A stretch of DNA of 64,000 nt, from the NCBI GenBank assembly GCA_976551045.1, contig CDPCPM010000033.1, positions 17,670,001 to 17,734,000 on the forward strand, in the 5' to 3' direction. The notes below the pieces were generated by a model, which was given only the letters and a program-made list of their open reading frames with translations, was not told the DNA's origin and did no database searches. A program made the position numbers and the translations under genes. This document shows, piece after piece, positions 26,434 to 39,879 of the stretch. The number at the start of each line of letters is the position of its first letter. Position 1 is the first letter of the stretch. Source of the stretch: Glaucostegus cemiculus. Taxonomy: Eukaryota.

Positions 26434-27939
26434 CTAGAATACACATGACCATGGGTTTATGCAGAATTGAAGAAGATAAAGAAAACACTGCTTCCTCTAT
26501 CCTTCCTACATTTGACCAATTTGGTCAAAAGTGTCAATACCTGGTGTTCAACAATTCAGGTGATGGATTTGGCAAATTAAACACTTGCATCTCAATTGAG
26601 GCCATATCAAGAAAATTCAAATTGCAATCTGAAATGAACTATTTAGTGTTTTCAACACGAAAAAGGGGTGAAAAATGGCATGCTTATGTCCCATCTTACT
26701 AAATGAAAATTCAAAACAAGAAAAGCCACAACTTAGAAGGATCCTTCATTCTTAGATGAGGCCTGAAGACAATGATCTGCCAAATAAATGCAAAAGGTCT
26801 CAAGAGGGCCAAATGCAATTATTTGGGAAATTTCTGTAAATAAATTCAATTTCAGGAAATCCAGGTCAAAGGCAAAAAAAAAGCATGCCTTGGTACTTCT
26901 AGTCTTCACAATCAGAACTGGATTATAACCAGTGTGATCAAACTCCCAAGTCGTAACAGTTGACTAGGTTTAAAGTAGGCATAGGAGACAGCCCCACGTT
27001 CATGAATGAAGGTGAAAGAAAAAAATATTCATTGAATCCCTCCCTAACAATAAAGGAGCCAGACTGCTTTGCAGCAGTTCTCATCACAATCACGAGAAAA
27101 TATTCTGCCTAGATACACAAGGACATACATTTTTCAGTATGAGAACCACCTCCTGTTAACCCACAGGTCAAACTGGACACCTGCACAAAGCACACTGCAA
27201 ACATCAGATGGCCTCAATTCTGCCACCTTCCCTGAATCCTCCAAACTTTCAGTTTCTCCACCAAGGAACACACAACTGGTCTGACTACAAGATAAACAGT
27301 ACAGAAAATCTCTTTTGACGACTTCTACCATCTCTGACCAATGACTCCAAAATGTCTTTTACACCAATATTCAAAAATGAAGTGAAGAAATCAAATCTGG
27401 TGTGAATCAACGGTTATCACTCTACTGAGACTGAGGAAACCTGACAGCAATCCTGAAAACTATATAGTTATCAGCACTTGCCAAATTGCAAAGATGTCAA
27501 TACACTGAGAACAAGCCCTTTTTATGCCTCACTACTATAACCAAATACTTACTCCCACCATGAACACTGATGCTGACTTCCAATACGACCTTAAAACCAG
27601 GTCTGCCTTGATTAATTTTTCAATAACTTACAATTTTATCTCTAAGTATGGTCTGCTGCTAAAAATATCCCACTGGCTACTCCACCTTTAGTGGACAATT
27701 CTTGGCATGGACAGATATGCAGCTATCTCCAAGACAAAGTAAGCAGACTAAAGACTATAAATGACAACCTCTTGCAGGGGAGTATTCTTGTTGCAATTCC
27801 TTTAAACATTTATTTTGGTGATATGCCTGCCACCTCTACAAGGAAAATTGGATGTCCCCATAACCTAGCACAAACCAGATATGTAAAGGCTTCAAAGAGA
27901 TTGAATACATACCAATGTTAGACTTGCCAAGATGTAGAG

Positions 27940-28230
27940 ACATTTGGCCCATCAAGGTTCTGCTGGTCCATCGGAAACATTCCCCCACTTATTTGTCTAT
28001 AATCCCAAAGTATACCCTTATACATGCCCATCAATTCCCATCAACCCTACCTGCCAACTCTCCTGCTGCCTACTCACTCTGAGCGCAATCTAGAGTGGCA
28101 AATTAATCTATCAGCTCATCTTTGGGAAAGCACCTGGGAGAAACCCACAGATGACAGGGAGAATGTGAAAGCTCTACACAGAGAGCATCCAAGGTCAGAA
28201 CCTAGGTCACTGGACTTGTGCCACCCCATA
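27940..28230 (-). mobile_element. Old V-SINE inserted in a LINE RT relic (27400-28540)
   Basis: Degenerate reverse V-core (GAAACCCACAGATGACAGGGAGAATGTGAAAGCTCTACACAG). The flanking relic translates to LLQGSIL..IPLNIYFGDMP. Confidence 0.6.
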
Positions 28231-28569
28231 TGACAAAGTATTTCTGCAAATATTGCAGGAACCAATCAAATATATCACCTCAGGATTTCACCTGAATCAC
28301 CAAGTATGGTTACATCTCAACAACATGTTTTGCAAAGAAATAAATTACAATACCATTCAACTCTTCCTGACTATGCAATATTCCATTATGCTTTTTCTCT
28401 TGAAGATCTTTTAAAAAAACTACAAAAATCAACAGTTGGCTAAAAGTTATAAAAACCAGACCAAGAGATGTCAACATAGAGTATCACAACGTGAGTACTC
28501 CACACTAATATCACAGCATTGGCCCTTTCAACGGACAAGTGCCATGCACTTGTCTGAGCTGTTAGCACT

Positions 28570-30875
28570 CATTAAAAAAAAGTGTGATGTGTTGTTAGTG
28601 ATTAATGGCTTAGAGTTGAAATCCTGCCACAGCAGATGTAGAATTTGAATAATCTGTAATTTTTTTCTAAAAATATAGTTAGTTAACACAAAAACACCAG
28701 ATCATCATAAAAACCTCCATAGTAGCCTAAAATCATTCAGGGATGGGAATCCTTCATCCTTATCTGCTATGGCCCAAGTGTGATTCCAAACCACAGAAAT
28801 GTGGTAGTGTCTTAGCTGCTCCCTGAATTCCCTTCATAAACCACTCAGTTGTCATAACCAGTGTCAAAAGGGAAAATGGAAAAAACTGGACAAACCACCC
28901 ATCACAGACTTAGGTGCCATATTTGGAAGAGGAAACGTTACTTCCAGTTTTTCTCATGAAAGGCTGGGGACTGGTGTCTAAACTGGGACAGCCAGTCCAA
29001 CAACCCAATTAAGACCCAATCAAATATCTTGCACGTCAATCAAATTTCTACCAGATGCAAGCAGCCCTGAGAGTCTTCAACAGTGACTCCAGACCCCTTG
29101 AACCCCCATAATATTAGGTCAAACATGGACAAAGAAACATTGATTACCACCTAACATCCTCCCTCAGCTGGTGAGTCAGTACTGCTCCATTATTGAACAC
29201 TTGAAAGAAGCAATGATTGTAGAAAGAATACAAAAGGTACTCCGGATAGGAACTTCAGCATCCATTACAAAGAGTGGCTTGATGACACTGTGATTGACTA
29301 AGCTGGCCAAGAACACCGGATCAAAACTGTCAGACCAGCGTACAGCAGACAGTGAGTAAGCCAACATGACCTTGTTGCAGATACATCTGCTCATGATTAT
29401 ATTGGTAAGGTGACTACTGCACAGTCCTTTTGGAGAAAAGATCCATCTTCACATTAAGATACTGCCCATCACCATGTGCAGCGTTGTTATTATCCTGGGG
29501 TAGAACAGATATGGCAACATATCCACAAGATAATGTATTGTGTTTCACTATAATCTACAGATTCAGTGGGGAGCTGAAAGTGACTACCTTTGACATCAAG
29601 CAAGCATTTGACTGAGTGCAACTTCAACAAGCATTAGTGAAAACAGAGGTAATGGTCATCTGCAGGAAAACGTTCCAATGGCAGATGTCAAATATTACAC
29701 AAAAGGAGGATTGTTGTGATTTCTGGAGGTGAATCATTGCAAGACCTCATTACTGAAGTTCCACAGGGTTGCCTATCAGGCCCAGCTATCTTCAACTGCT
29801 TCATCATTGACCTTCCTTCCATCACTAATGAGAAATATACCTGTTCACTGTTGACTAGAAATCTTTAATTCAATCCACAACTCCAGAGAAAATGAAATAC
29901 TTCAAACAACAAAACATGGACAATGATTGGCCACGGACTGTTAAACAGAAAGTAATACGTGTACCACAAGAGTGCCAGGCAAGGACCATTACTGACAAGA
30001 CAGAGTGCACTTGCCTATACTGCAATTCAATGGCATCACTTCAATGAGTCTTCTACCATCAATATCCTGGGAGCTGCCACCATGGAGCAGAAACTCATCT
30101 AGACTAACACAGAGTTAAAGTCTGATAATCTGCTATCCAACTGTTTAGAAATCCTGATTGTTCAGCACTCACCGGGATCCTAGTTATCACACACCTTTTA
30201 AACTTGCTAGGGCCCCATTTATATGCTCCCTTTAAATACACTATGTTTGGGGTAAATTTATTATTTTACAATGAATTTATTATACCTGTGTAACATCTAA
30301 AAATATTGAAAGTGTTCAGGTATTAACAGGAGAAATATCAGATTATTAGAGTTTTACTGTAAATGCTACAGCTACAGGAGCAGGTCAGAGACTCGGTATG
30401 CTGTTGTTTTGCTTCCCAAAGCGTTTAACCATTCCCAACGCACATGACAAGACCCCAAAGGAATACTCCCTGCCTATCGGATGAGTGCAGCTCCAACAAC
30501 AGAAACTCAACACCATCCAGAACAAAGCACTAGGATCTTGTGCAAAACTCTAAATGTTCATTCCCTCTACTGCAGTAGTTACAAAATATGCCATTTACTC
30601 ACCTAGCCTACTCCAACAGCCCCTCACGAACCCATGTCTCTACCAATAACGGCAGGTGCCACATGGGTCTATCTGCATTTTGCCTTCCAACTCAGACATC
30701 AAAATATTTTATCATTCTTTCTCTCATTGGTCAGTCGAAATCCTGGAATGCCCACTCAACAGCATTGTACGAGTACATTTATAGACTGTAGCAGTTTGAG
30801 AAAGATGGCTCAACACCAGCTTCACAAGGAAGTTAGGGATTAGCAATAAATACCAGCCCTGCCAGCAACGCACAC
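28570..30875 (+). mobile_element. Old CR1/L2-group LINE relic
   Basis: Degenerate FDIKQAFD, VPQG...GPAIFNCFIIDLP, ILG.TMEQKL and KSWN motifs. It ends in GGGATTAGCAATAAATACCAGCC. Confidence 0.6.
30107..30361. mobile_element. MITE with terminal inverted repeats, copy 1 (inserted in the LINE relic)
   Basis: Starts near TCTGATAATCTGCTATCCAA and ends GATTATTAGAGTTTTACTG|TA. It is related to 35551-35890. Confidence 0.6.
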
Positions 30876-33008
30876 ATCATAAAAAATGTATCATTTCACT
30901 GGAGCCATAGGATCTACACCATATTAATAGTTACTGTTCCTGGTCAATGTTGTTTTCCAGGATATTGTTAACACAAGAGGCTGTTTCATGAAAAACAAAC
31001 TAGACCTCCCCATTCTTAGAGGTTTAAGGAACCTCACTTAGTCCATCATGGTTTCTGGGAGACATGTGTACAAGTTATAATAGGACACAGTAGTATAGCA
31101 GTATGGAGGAAACTGCAGGATGAAACTACCATCTGGTTGAAACTTGATGTTCATTCCAAACAATTAAGTCTTCTGGTTTTGACCTTACATTAATACTGGG
31201 AGGTTCTAAATTGAACCCAAACTGCACTTGGTGCACAAGTGGCATTTCAGGAGTTCTGCAAAATATGACTAATCAAACTATTGATCACATAATATTCTGC
31301 CCTCTACAAGTATGACAGCAATGTTATAGGGATGCATTTCAAAAAGATGAAGAACAACAACAGATGAGCCCAAAACTCTTTGCACACAAAGGATCAAAGT
31401 CAGTAATACGGACAATCTCAAGGGGTGATCAAACAGGTCTCAGCACATGAAAAATGAACCTACCCTCCAATCTTCCTACCATCGAACCAGAATGCCTATA
31501 CACATAGACATTCTCACAAGAAACCAGTTAACAGAGAGACTACATAAAGTGAAGAATCATCAGAATCCATGAAAGCAAGAAAACATTCACCAATGTATTT
31601 TTTGTAATAAAACTGACTGTATATAGGAAGTGGAATTGTTTATAGAGAAACCACTGATAAAATTATGATATTTCCCTGGTACTAAAGGAATAGTAGCCTC
31701 ATTAAGATGGTAATGTAAGTGACAGATGAATGTGTTTTGGCAAAATATAGGTTATATTATGCCAACAGTTCTATATTAGGAGCTGATTTTATATTTATAG
31801 ATTTAAAGAGTTTGATTATACAAATTAAAGGGAGTCTAATAGTTCCTCAGAGACAACACAAAATGCTTGCACGAAAATTTCTTTTGCATTATTATTGTAT
31901 GTGTGTGCATGAAGAACTGAGGAAGAAGACAGGAGTACATAAAATAGTACGTGGAATAACAAAGACTGAATTTATAGTTAAATGCAGAAAAGTACAAAGC
32001 AGTATATACCATGTTGGGAACTGAAGCTGAGAACCTAAATGAACTTTTCAAGAGTACAGGGACAGAAATAGTCGAAAAGGTAGGGAATGGGTAACAAAGG
32101 CAAATAGAATTTTGAGTTTCATTAATATAACTCCAAAATGTGACAAATTTCTACAATAGTTAAGCCATGTCCTGGACATTCCACTATAAAATTGGACATG
32201 AAAATTCACTGGAGTAATAGAGGATTGTAAAGTAATAGAATAGCACAACTTTTTGTTAAGAATGGGAAGGGGAAAATAAATCAGCCATGATCAAATGGCA
32301 GGGTGGACTGAAAGAGCCAAATGGCCTAATTCTGCTCCTATGTCTTACGGAAGGTGAAGTTAGTTTATCTTCTATGTTGTGTTTAATAGGTTCAAGGAAT
32401 TTTTCAAATTTATGGAAGTACCTGAGAAATGCAATATCCATTATTTGAATAAAGATGGAAACTTTGACAGACAGTTTGAATAACATATATTAAAACCACC
32501 TTCTTATTCACCTGGGCTGAAATATGAAACTGCAAGGTTCTTGTGAAGACTGCCATTTTAGAGTTAACTGTGTCAGATGGATTCAATTCAAGCTGTCTGC
32601 ATAACAAAAGGACCCAAATAGCATCATAAATAGTGACTCATTTTCCTTCTATGTAATCCATTTCTTATCTTCTTTAAACTGTACGAATTCACATTCCTAG
32701 CTTGGTTTATCCCTCAACCAACATCTAAACTCAGATCAACTCATTATTATCACAGTTATTATTTGTGCAACCTTGCAATGTAAATAGCCTTCATATTTAC
32801 TAAACTACAAAAGATACTTCATTAGCTGTGCAGTGTTTTGGGATAGTCTGAAGATTGTGGAAGCCATCAGAAAAATGCAAAGTTTTATTTTCCACCTATC
32901 CAATTTGATCTTCATTGGTGATATTATTTGAAGTGCTATTATTACACAGCTTCATAATCCAGAGAGCAATAGAATACAGATGTGTCATTCTGCCCTCCGA
33001 GCTTAATT

Positions 33009-34955
33009 TCAGAATCAGAATCAGTTTTATTGTCACAACCATATACATACATGGTACGCATAGGAGCGAGATACCGTCCTCCACAGGAACACGTCTCATA
33101 AAAAAGAATAACATAACAACCAACAGAGAGACACATACACACTTGGCAGAATACACAGTACAAAACATTACCCATTAGTTCTTACATAAATAGATCTTAA
33201 AGTGAACGGGCTGGTGTCGGGCATTTAAAGTGCTGGTGCATTTCTGTGCACCTAGCATCTCCTAGTGTTAACAAAGGAAGATGGAGGGATGAGAGAGTTT
33301 GCAGTTCTTATGGCTTGCGGAAAGAAGCTATTGTTCAGCCTGGACGTTCTTGCCCTGATACATTTAAGCCTCCTCCCTGATGGCAAAATTGTGAAGAGGT
33401 GGTGGGAGGGGTGAGAGGGGTCAGCCATTATGCTTTTGGTCTTCCTCACACAACGGTCTTTGTATATGTCTGCGAGGGATGGAAGCGAGACACCTATGAT
33501 CCACTCCGCAGCCTTAACTATCTTCTGGAGGGACTTCCGCCCAGCAGCTGAGCAGCTTCCAAACCAAACAGAGATACATTGAGTTAGGATGCTCTCAATG
33601 GTCCCCCTGTAGAAGGATTTCATGACTGAGGGGTGTGGGTACGCTTTCCTCAGTCTCCGCAGGAAGTAGAGGCGTTTCTGAGCCTTCTTCGTGAGGGCCG
33701 TAATGTTAGTGGACCAGGTCAGGTCGTCGGTGATGTGCACCCCCAGGAACTTGGTGCTGCGTACTTGTTCCACAGCAGACCCGTTGATGGTCAGCGGAGC
33801 GTGCACACCATGACCCCTCCTAAAATCCACTATCATCTCCTTGGTTTTATCCACATTCAAGGAGAGGTTGTTGTCGTGGCACCACACGGCTAGTTGGTTC
33901 ACCTCCTCTCTATAGTCCGACTCATCGTCATTCGTAACAAGACCCACCACTGTCGTGTCATCGGCAAATTTAACAATGCGGTTGGAGCTGAATCTGGCCT
34001 CACAGTCGTGGGTCAACAAGGTGAACAGGAACGGACTGAGCACACAACCCTGAGGGGAGCCAGTGCTCAGTGTGATGGTGCTTGAGGTGTTTTCACCAAT
34101 TTTGACTGACTGCGGCCTGCCAGTTAGAAAATCCAGTATCCAGTTGCAGAGAGGAGTGTTGATGCCCAGAGCGCTCAACTTCCTGATAAGCTGTTGTGGG
34201 ATGATGGTATTGAAAGCGGAGCTGAAGTCAATGAATAGCAGCCGGCAGTATGAGTCCTTCTTCTCTAAGTGATGTAGTGCAGAGTGCATGGCAGAGGAGA
34301 CTGCATCATCGGTGGACCTGTTTGCCCGATAAGCATACTGATGAGGATCCAAGGATGGGGGGAGGGAGGCTCTAATGTGCTTCATAACTAGCCTCTCAAA
34401 GCATTTCATGACAATCGGTGTTAGGGCTATAGGACGGTAGTCATTCAGACACTTTGGGGGAGACTTCTTGGGAACAGGTATGATGGTGGCAGATTTTAGG
34501 CACTTAGGAACAACAGCCTGCTGTAGGGAGATGTTGAAGATGTCAGCCAGCACATCTTTAAGCTGGTCCGCACAGTCCCTGAGTATCCGCCCTGGTATGC
34601 TGTCCGGTCCCGCAGCCTTCCGAGGGTTAACCTGTGAAAGGGCTTTCCCCACACTGGCTGGGGTAAGTCTCAAAGCCTGTTCTTCTGGCGAAGGCCGGGC
34701 TTTCGAGGCAGGTGTATGGTTCATGGCCTCAAACCTTGCATAAAATTCGTTCAACTGGTCTGGTAGTGATGAGTCACCATCACAAACCTGGGGTGGAGCT
34801 TTGTAGTCAGTGATGACCTGGATTCCCTTCCACAGACGCCTCGCATCCTTGTCATTGGTGAAATTATTGTTTATCTTTTCTGCGTATAGTCGTTTTGCCT
34901 TTTTCATACCCCAAGACAGGTCTTTCCTTGCAGACTTCAGAGCTTCCATTGCCAT
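33009..34955 (-). mobile_element. Young 5'-truncated Rex1/Babar-type LINE
   Basis: Uninterrupted RT ORF, a 3'UTR with AATAAA and a (TTCTGA)n-type tail at 33009-33024. It is richer in GC and CpG than its flanks. Confidence 0.93.
33252..34955 (-). CDS. Non-LTR retrotransposon reverse transcriptase (Rex1/Babar-type), 567 aa, lacking the N-terminal endonuclease
   Basis: Motifs [50 protein letters not shown] and the C-terminal [13 protein letters not shown]. Confidence 0.9.
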   Translation of the reverse strand: MAMEALKSARKDLSWGMKKAKRLYAEKINNNFTNDKDARRLWKGIQVITDYKAPPQVCDGDSSLPDQLNEFYARFEAMNHTPASKARPSPEEQALRLTPASVGKALSQVNPRKAAGPDSIPGRILRDCADQLKDVLADIFNISLQQAVVPKCLKSATIIPVPKKSPPKCLNDYRPIALTPIVMKCFERLVMKHIRASLPPSLDPHQYAYRANRSTDDAVSSAMHSALHHLEKKDSYCRLLFIDFSSAFNTIIPQQLIRKLSALGINTPLCNWILDFLTGRPQSVKIGENTSSTITLSTGSPQGCVLSPFLFTLLTHDCEARFSSNRIVKFADDTTVVGLVTNDDESDYREEVNQLAVWCHDNNLSLNVDKTKEMIVDFRRGHGVHAPLTINGSAVEQVRSTKFLGVHITDDLTWSTNITALTKKAQKRLYFLRRLRKAYPHPSVMKSFYRGTIESILTQCISVWFGSCSAAGRKSLQKIVKAAEWIIGVSLPSLADIYKDRCVRKTKSIMADPSHPSHHLFTILPSGRRLKCIRARTSRLNNSFFPQAIRTANSLIPPSSFVNTRRC

Positions 34956-35550
34956 TCAATTAGATCATGAATCATGTGTACATCAATGCCATTTACCTAC
35001 TTCTGTTCAACATCCTTTAATATGATACCAAGACACAGATCAGTTGATCTCAGACTTGAAAATTTCAACTGTCCTGGCAAGTTCAGCCTTTAAGAATTCA
35101 AAATTACGATTATCTTTATATACAGGTTTGCTTTCTGATTTATTCAAAATTAATCTGGTACGAAGTTAAGGTCTTGAGTTTCTCTATGAATCCTCATTCC
35201 AAAAAAATCAAGCAGCCCTTTCTCCTAATTGTCAATTTTTAAAACCTCCAGTGTAAAATGATAAAGAGATTCTGGTTCAAATATTAATGAAAAATATTAA
35301 AGCTATTCTGTATAAGAAAGCTATATTCTTATGTGTGACATTGAACATCATTTTCCAAGTGGCTTTTTGTGCCTACTAAAATATTCTGCATCGTAACAAG
35401 ACACAAGGACAAAACAGAAGGATCCTATTTGGATGCACTATCAGCAAGAAGTCAGCTAATCTCCACAAATTTTTCTCATTTTATTCTGCTTTCTACACCT
35501 TATTTAACATAAATTCGTTCACCCAAAAATCATATGAAAACAGTCTCGGC

Positions 35551-35890
35551 AACATAGAAAATTACTGATAATCTGCTATCCAAGTTTTCAGAAATCCCAA
35601 GTTCAGTATCTACTCACTAGCTGATATTTCCTGCACTCCTTTAAAACCTCTGTGAGCCCCATCCACAGCACTCCTTTAAAACTCATGGTTGCTCTGTTTG
35701 CTGCTCTCCCTTAAACTCAATGGATTTGGTTTCCAAATCTGATTCACCAAAAATTTGTTATATTACTGTATTAAAAGAAATTAACTAAAAGTGCTTAGGG
35801 GTATTTAGAGGATTAACATTGGATGGTCTGGAAAATTTGAGAGTCTGGCACCAAAGCTCTAAGTACGTGGATTATTGGAGATTTTCTGTA
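35551..35890. mobile_element. MITE with terminal inverted repeats, copy 2
   Basis: Begins near CTGATAATCTGCTATCCAA and ends GGATTATTGGAGATTTTCTG|TA. It has internal CTCCTTTAAAAC-like repeats. Confidence 0.6.
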
Positions 35891-36005
35891 CTTGTGTTTT
35901 GAAGAATATGTGCAACTTTCCCCAATGTCTAACATATTCTTTATTGACAAGATTACTGCTGCATCTGTTTGTGGTCTAAGTTGAACTATTGCATTGGCAA
36001 GTGTA

Positions 36006-36305
36006 GGGGCAGGCAAGGTAGTGTAGCGGTTAGTGTAATGTTATTACAGCCCCAGCGACACAGGTTCAATTCCTGCCACTATTTGTAAGGAGTTTGTATG
36101 TTCTCCCAGTGTCTGCGTGAGTTTCCTCCAGGTGCTCCAGTTTCCTCCCACATTCCAAAGACATACGGGTTAGGAAGTTGTGGGCATGCTATGTTTCCGC
36201 CGGAAGCATGGCGACATTTGCAGGCTGCCCCCAGATATTCTACGCAAGATGATGCATTTCACTGCATTGCGAGGTGCATGTGGCTAATAAAGATATCTTA
36301 TCTTA
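36006..36305 (+). mobile_element. tRNA-derived V-SINE (HE1-like), tail type A
   Basis: A/B boxes, V-core and the same GGGCATGCTATG...TTTCACTG...AATAAAGATATCTT tail as 6538-6816. Confidence 0.9.
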
Positions 36306-36354
36306 ATGTACCCAGTTTCTGACATTGCTTTTACAGAATTTTTTCACTCTCATA

Positions 36355-36638
36355 CAGGCCATCCCTGATTTAAGAATCCCCAACTTACTGACACCCCTAA
36401 ATACAAATGAGCTCTCATAATATTATTAAGTTCAAAAGCTCGACATATGTACATATATCCATTCCTACAAGCAGCAGAATTAATTTCCTCCTTTCTCCAC
36501 CCTTAGTAATTCTTATGTGCTTTTGATGCCACTTACTGTGAAGGTACAATGACCACAGAGTGATCTTCGTGTACATCCCAACTTATAAGCAAGAGTAACT
36601 TTTGGATGCCTATATAAACAGAACCAAGGGGTGGCCTG
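36355..36638. mobile_element. Tc1/mariner (Tigger-like) MITE, 284 bp, with TA target-site duplication
   Basis: TA|CAGGCCATCCCT ... AGGGGTGGCCTG|TA: TIRs with TA on both sides. Confidence 0.75.
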
Positions 36639-39600
36639 TACCAAAAGTGAAGGAAGAAAATATCAACTGCAGGATTCATGCAAATACTCTTTGCACTTCT
36701 CTCATTTTGCCTTTTTTCCTTGTATGGACATTTGCTTTTGTCAATCTTAGCTTCTGCAATCTTAGCTATTTGCACATTCTTCTCATGCCTTTTTATTTCC
36801 TCACTAAGATCATCCATCATACCAATAGAATTCAGCTTTAAGCTATTTTTCCAAATCTCTCACTGTACAAGCACACTTAAATGTCAGTTGGTTACTAGCA
36901 GAGTTGTACCATGCCAATGAGGATATAAGCAGATAAAAATAATAAAAGCAAAAGTAAACAACTTCTATGATAGTGAAGAAAAAGTATTTTAAAAAAATCA
37001 AACAAATGTGTGTGGCAAAGGCAGGATTAAAGGTTCTACCATAAAAGATGAGCAGATACAAATTTGGTTAGAAGGAAGGAACCAAAGACTAGAGGAAGGT
37101 ATCAACAGATTGGCCAAATATGCAATAAATTGACAAATGGAATTCCGTCCATACAAGTTTGAAGTTCTCCGTTTGGGAGAGGGAGAAACAGACAGAGGAG
37201 CACATACTAAAAGATGATCCAAGACTAGAAGGGCATTATCTATAGATTCCTGAAGGAAGTGAGACAAGCAATACGCAATAGTTAAGAATGAATACTGAGT
37301 GTACATGCAAGTAGAAAGGTCACGTTAGAATAATAAAGAACACGGTTAACCCATAACACTTCTGGTCACAATGTTAAAAGAAAGAATACAATTTCATTAA
37401 AAAAAAGTAATTTATGTGAATGTTTGCAGTTCTGGAGAATTTTGCCCTTGAAGAAAGACTAGTTAGGCCAAGGTTAAAGAGAGGTTTAGCAGAAGTGTAA
37501 AAGAATTTCAAAAGATGTGAAAGTTTCATGATAAACTATTAACCTTGGCATAGGGATCAATGACTATAGTATAGATTTGAGGTAATAGAAGGATTACAGG
37601 AGAATCAAAGGAATTTTTTTTCACCCAGGAGATAACTGATATTGGGAATTTGATCTATGACAGAGTGGTATGAGCAGAACCATTTACAGAATATTTGGAT
37701 AAGCATTTGATATGTCATGAGGCTGTGGACTAAGAACAGGAAATGAGACTGAATTTCAGCCACAATGTGCTGAATACTTCTACAATTCTAGATAAGAGGC
37801 CTCAACAATATGGGATTCAACAAAATCAAAACACAACTGGTCATCCCCTGATAATTTTTAATCCCCTTTTTTGGTTCCCAGAAAAATAATTAGCACACAC
37901 TTAGTGTACAAATAATGCTGGGTCCTGATGTTTGAAATCAAGAAGGAAAAGTACATCAAGACTGATAGGAAGGCTTCTGATGTGGGAAAAGTAAAGTTTG
38001 AGTGGAAATCCCTAGATATGGAAAAAGCAAATCCACCAAATTATAACCCAGTCTGTTCTTGGGAATCAATCCCAGTCCGAGCTTGGATCATGGATCAGGC
38101 CAGGACCCACAGTGACAGTTCTGGATCTTCATAGATCATTCATGGTCACTGGAAATAGGCGGAGGTTGAAAGTACATAAAAACTGGGGGAAAAACATTGC
38201 AAGGAAAGATTAAATGGACTCAAAGAACTGTAGGTCTTTGAGTCATCCACAAACTCTCAGTACAAAAACAGTTAAGCCGAGGGATCTTCCTATTGAATTT
38301 ATGCCAGGTGTGACCAGGTAAAGAAACATTAATTCTATTCACCTGAAAGGAAAGGAACACTGCAATGGGCAAGTACAAATAATGTACATTTGATTAAGAT
38401 TGCTTTCATATATTCCAGTGTTTAAAAGTGATACAGACAATTAGGCAGTCAGAAGCGAGACTATACACCTTCAGGAATTCCTCAAAACTCACTTGTCACT
38501 GGACAGAATTATGTACTACTGGCTTATGTTGGATCTGCTGAAAATGGTGTAACAAAATGTCAACCCAATCCAAAACACAGGGCCCCATAAAATATAATGC
38601 TGAGGCTTGAGGTATGAGATTGAACAAATCAAGTGCAAGAAATGGCTGACAAAAAGCTTTGACAAAATAAAAAAACTAAGATACTGCTCCATGCTTTGGC
38701 AAATGTTTAAAAATAACTAACTAAGCAGTTTGTAAAAACCCACTGCAAAAAAAATCAAAAAAATATCCTTGGTGACAGCTCAAAAAGATCTTTTGAAGCG
38801 CAACAGTGTTTTTAATATCTTGAGGTTTTACCGAAGAGGCAAATTGGTGTAGTGGGAGGGTGGCAGAAAGAGTAAGAAAGTAAATGTACAGGAGAAACAT
38901 ATGGAAGAAGCAGGGAGAAGCCAAAAACTACTGCAAGTGTTACTTGTTAATATCCATTTAGTACATTCCCACAGCATAATTCACTGAGCCAAAAGATGCT
39001 CTTTTGTGCTTGTTAGAGTATTAACAGCATGGCCATTGTCAAGCCAGTCAAGTTCCACAGTTTTAAAATGTATGCCAAAATTATAACTCTTCAGAACACA
39101 AAGCACTTTTCATAATCAATTAATTACCTTTGAAGTATGGTCCCTGTTTTCATGTTGGCTGAAGGATAAACAGCGACAGCAAAAGAGGGGAGTTACTTGT
39201 TTAATGTATAATGCTGGCTATCATTTTAGAACAGTACCATTTATGAATTGTTGGCACTATACTTAACCTTAAACCAAGTGCTGACATGTGACAGAAATGC
39301 CAGTCTGAAGTGCTCGTTCTGAATAAATAATTTTGCACACATTATGGTTGGGTAGTACAAATAATAATAGAAAATGATCTGGAGTTTTTGGATTTAATTC
39401 ATTTTTATTTTAAAGAGTGAAAGCTGAATGGATAACAAGGCAATGAAAGGCAAAACAGTGATACAAACAGAAAATTAAATGCTTTTAGTATTTGAAACTT
39501 TGGGAAACAGACCTCAATATATTGGTTGGTGACATGAAATTGATGGTTATGCATGGTTTGACACATAATGGAACACAGTCTTGTTTGAATGAACTTATGG

Positions 39601-39879
39601 AGAGTGGTCAGCCATGACAGCATTTGAGATAATCAAAACTGAAGATATCAAAGCAAAAAAAATATCAATGGGATATAAGCAAGGAGCTTTTTTTATTATT
39701 GGTTGCCAGTGTAGACAACAAAGCCAAACTGCATATCCCTGTTAAGATGGAATGTCCAGAAAGGTGGTTCTACTTGAACCACTGTAGCCCTTGCGTGTCG
39801 CTGTTTCCACAATGGTGCTAGGTAGGAAAATTCAGGTTACATTTTAGTGACAGAGGACCTATTTTCAAGTCAAGTAAGT

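Noticed and set aside
36533-36820. 95-aa charged ORF MMDDLSEEIKRHEKNVQIAK...
   Set aside because: It runs into a MITE, contains a short tandem duplication, and has no recognisable domain or convincing splice sites.
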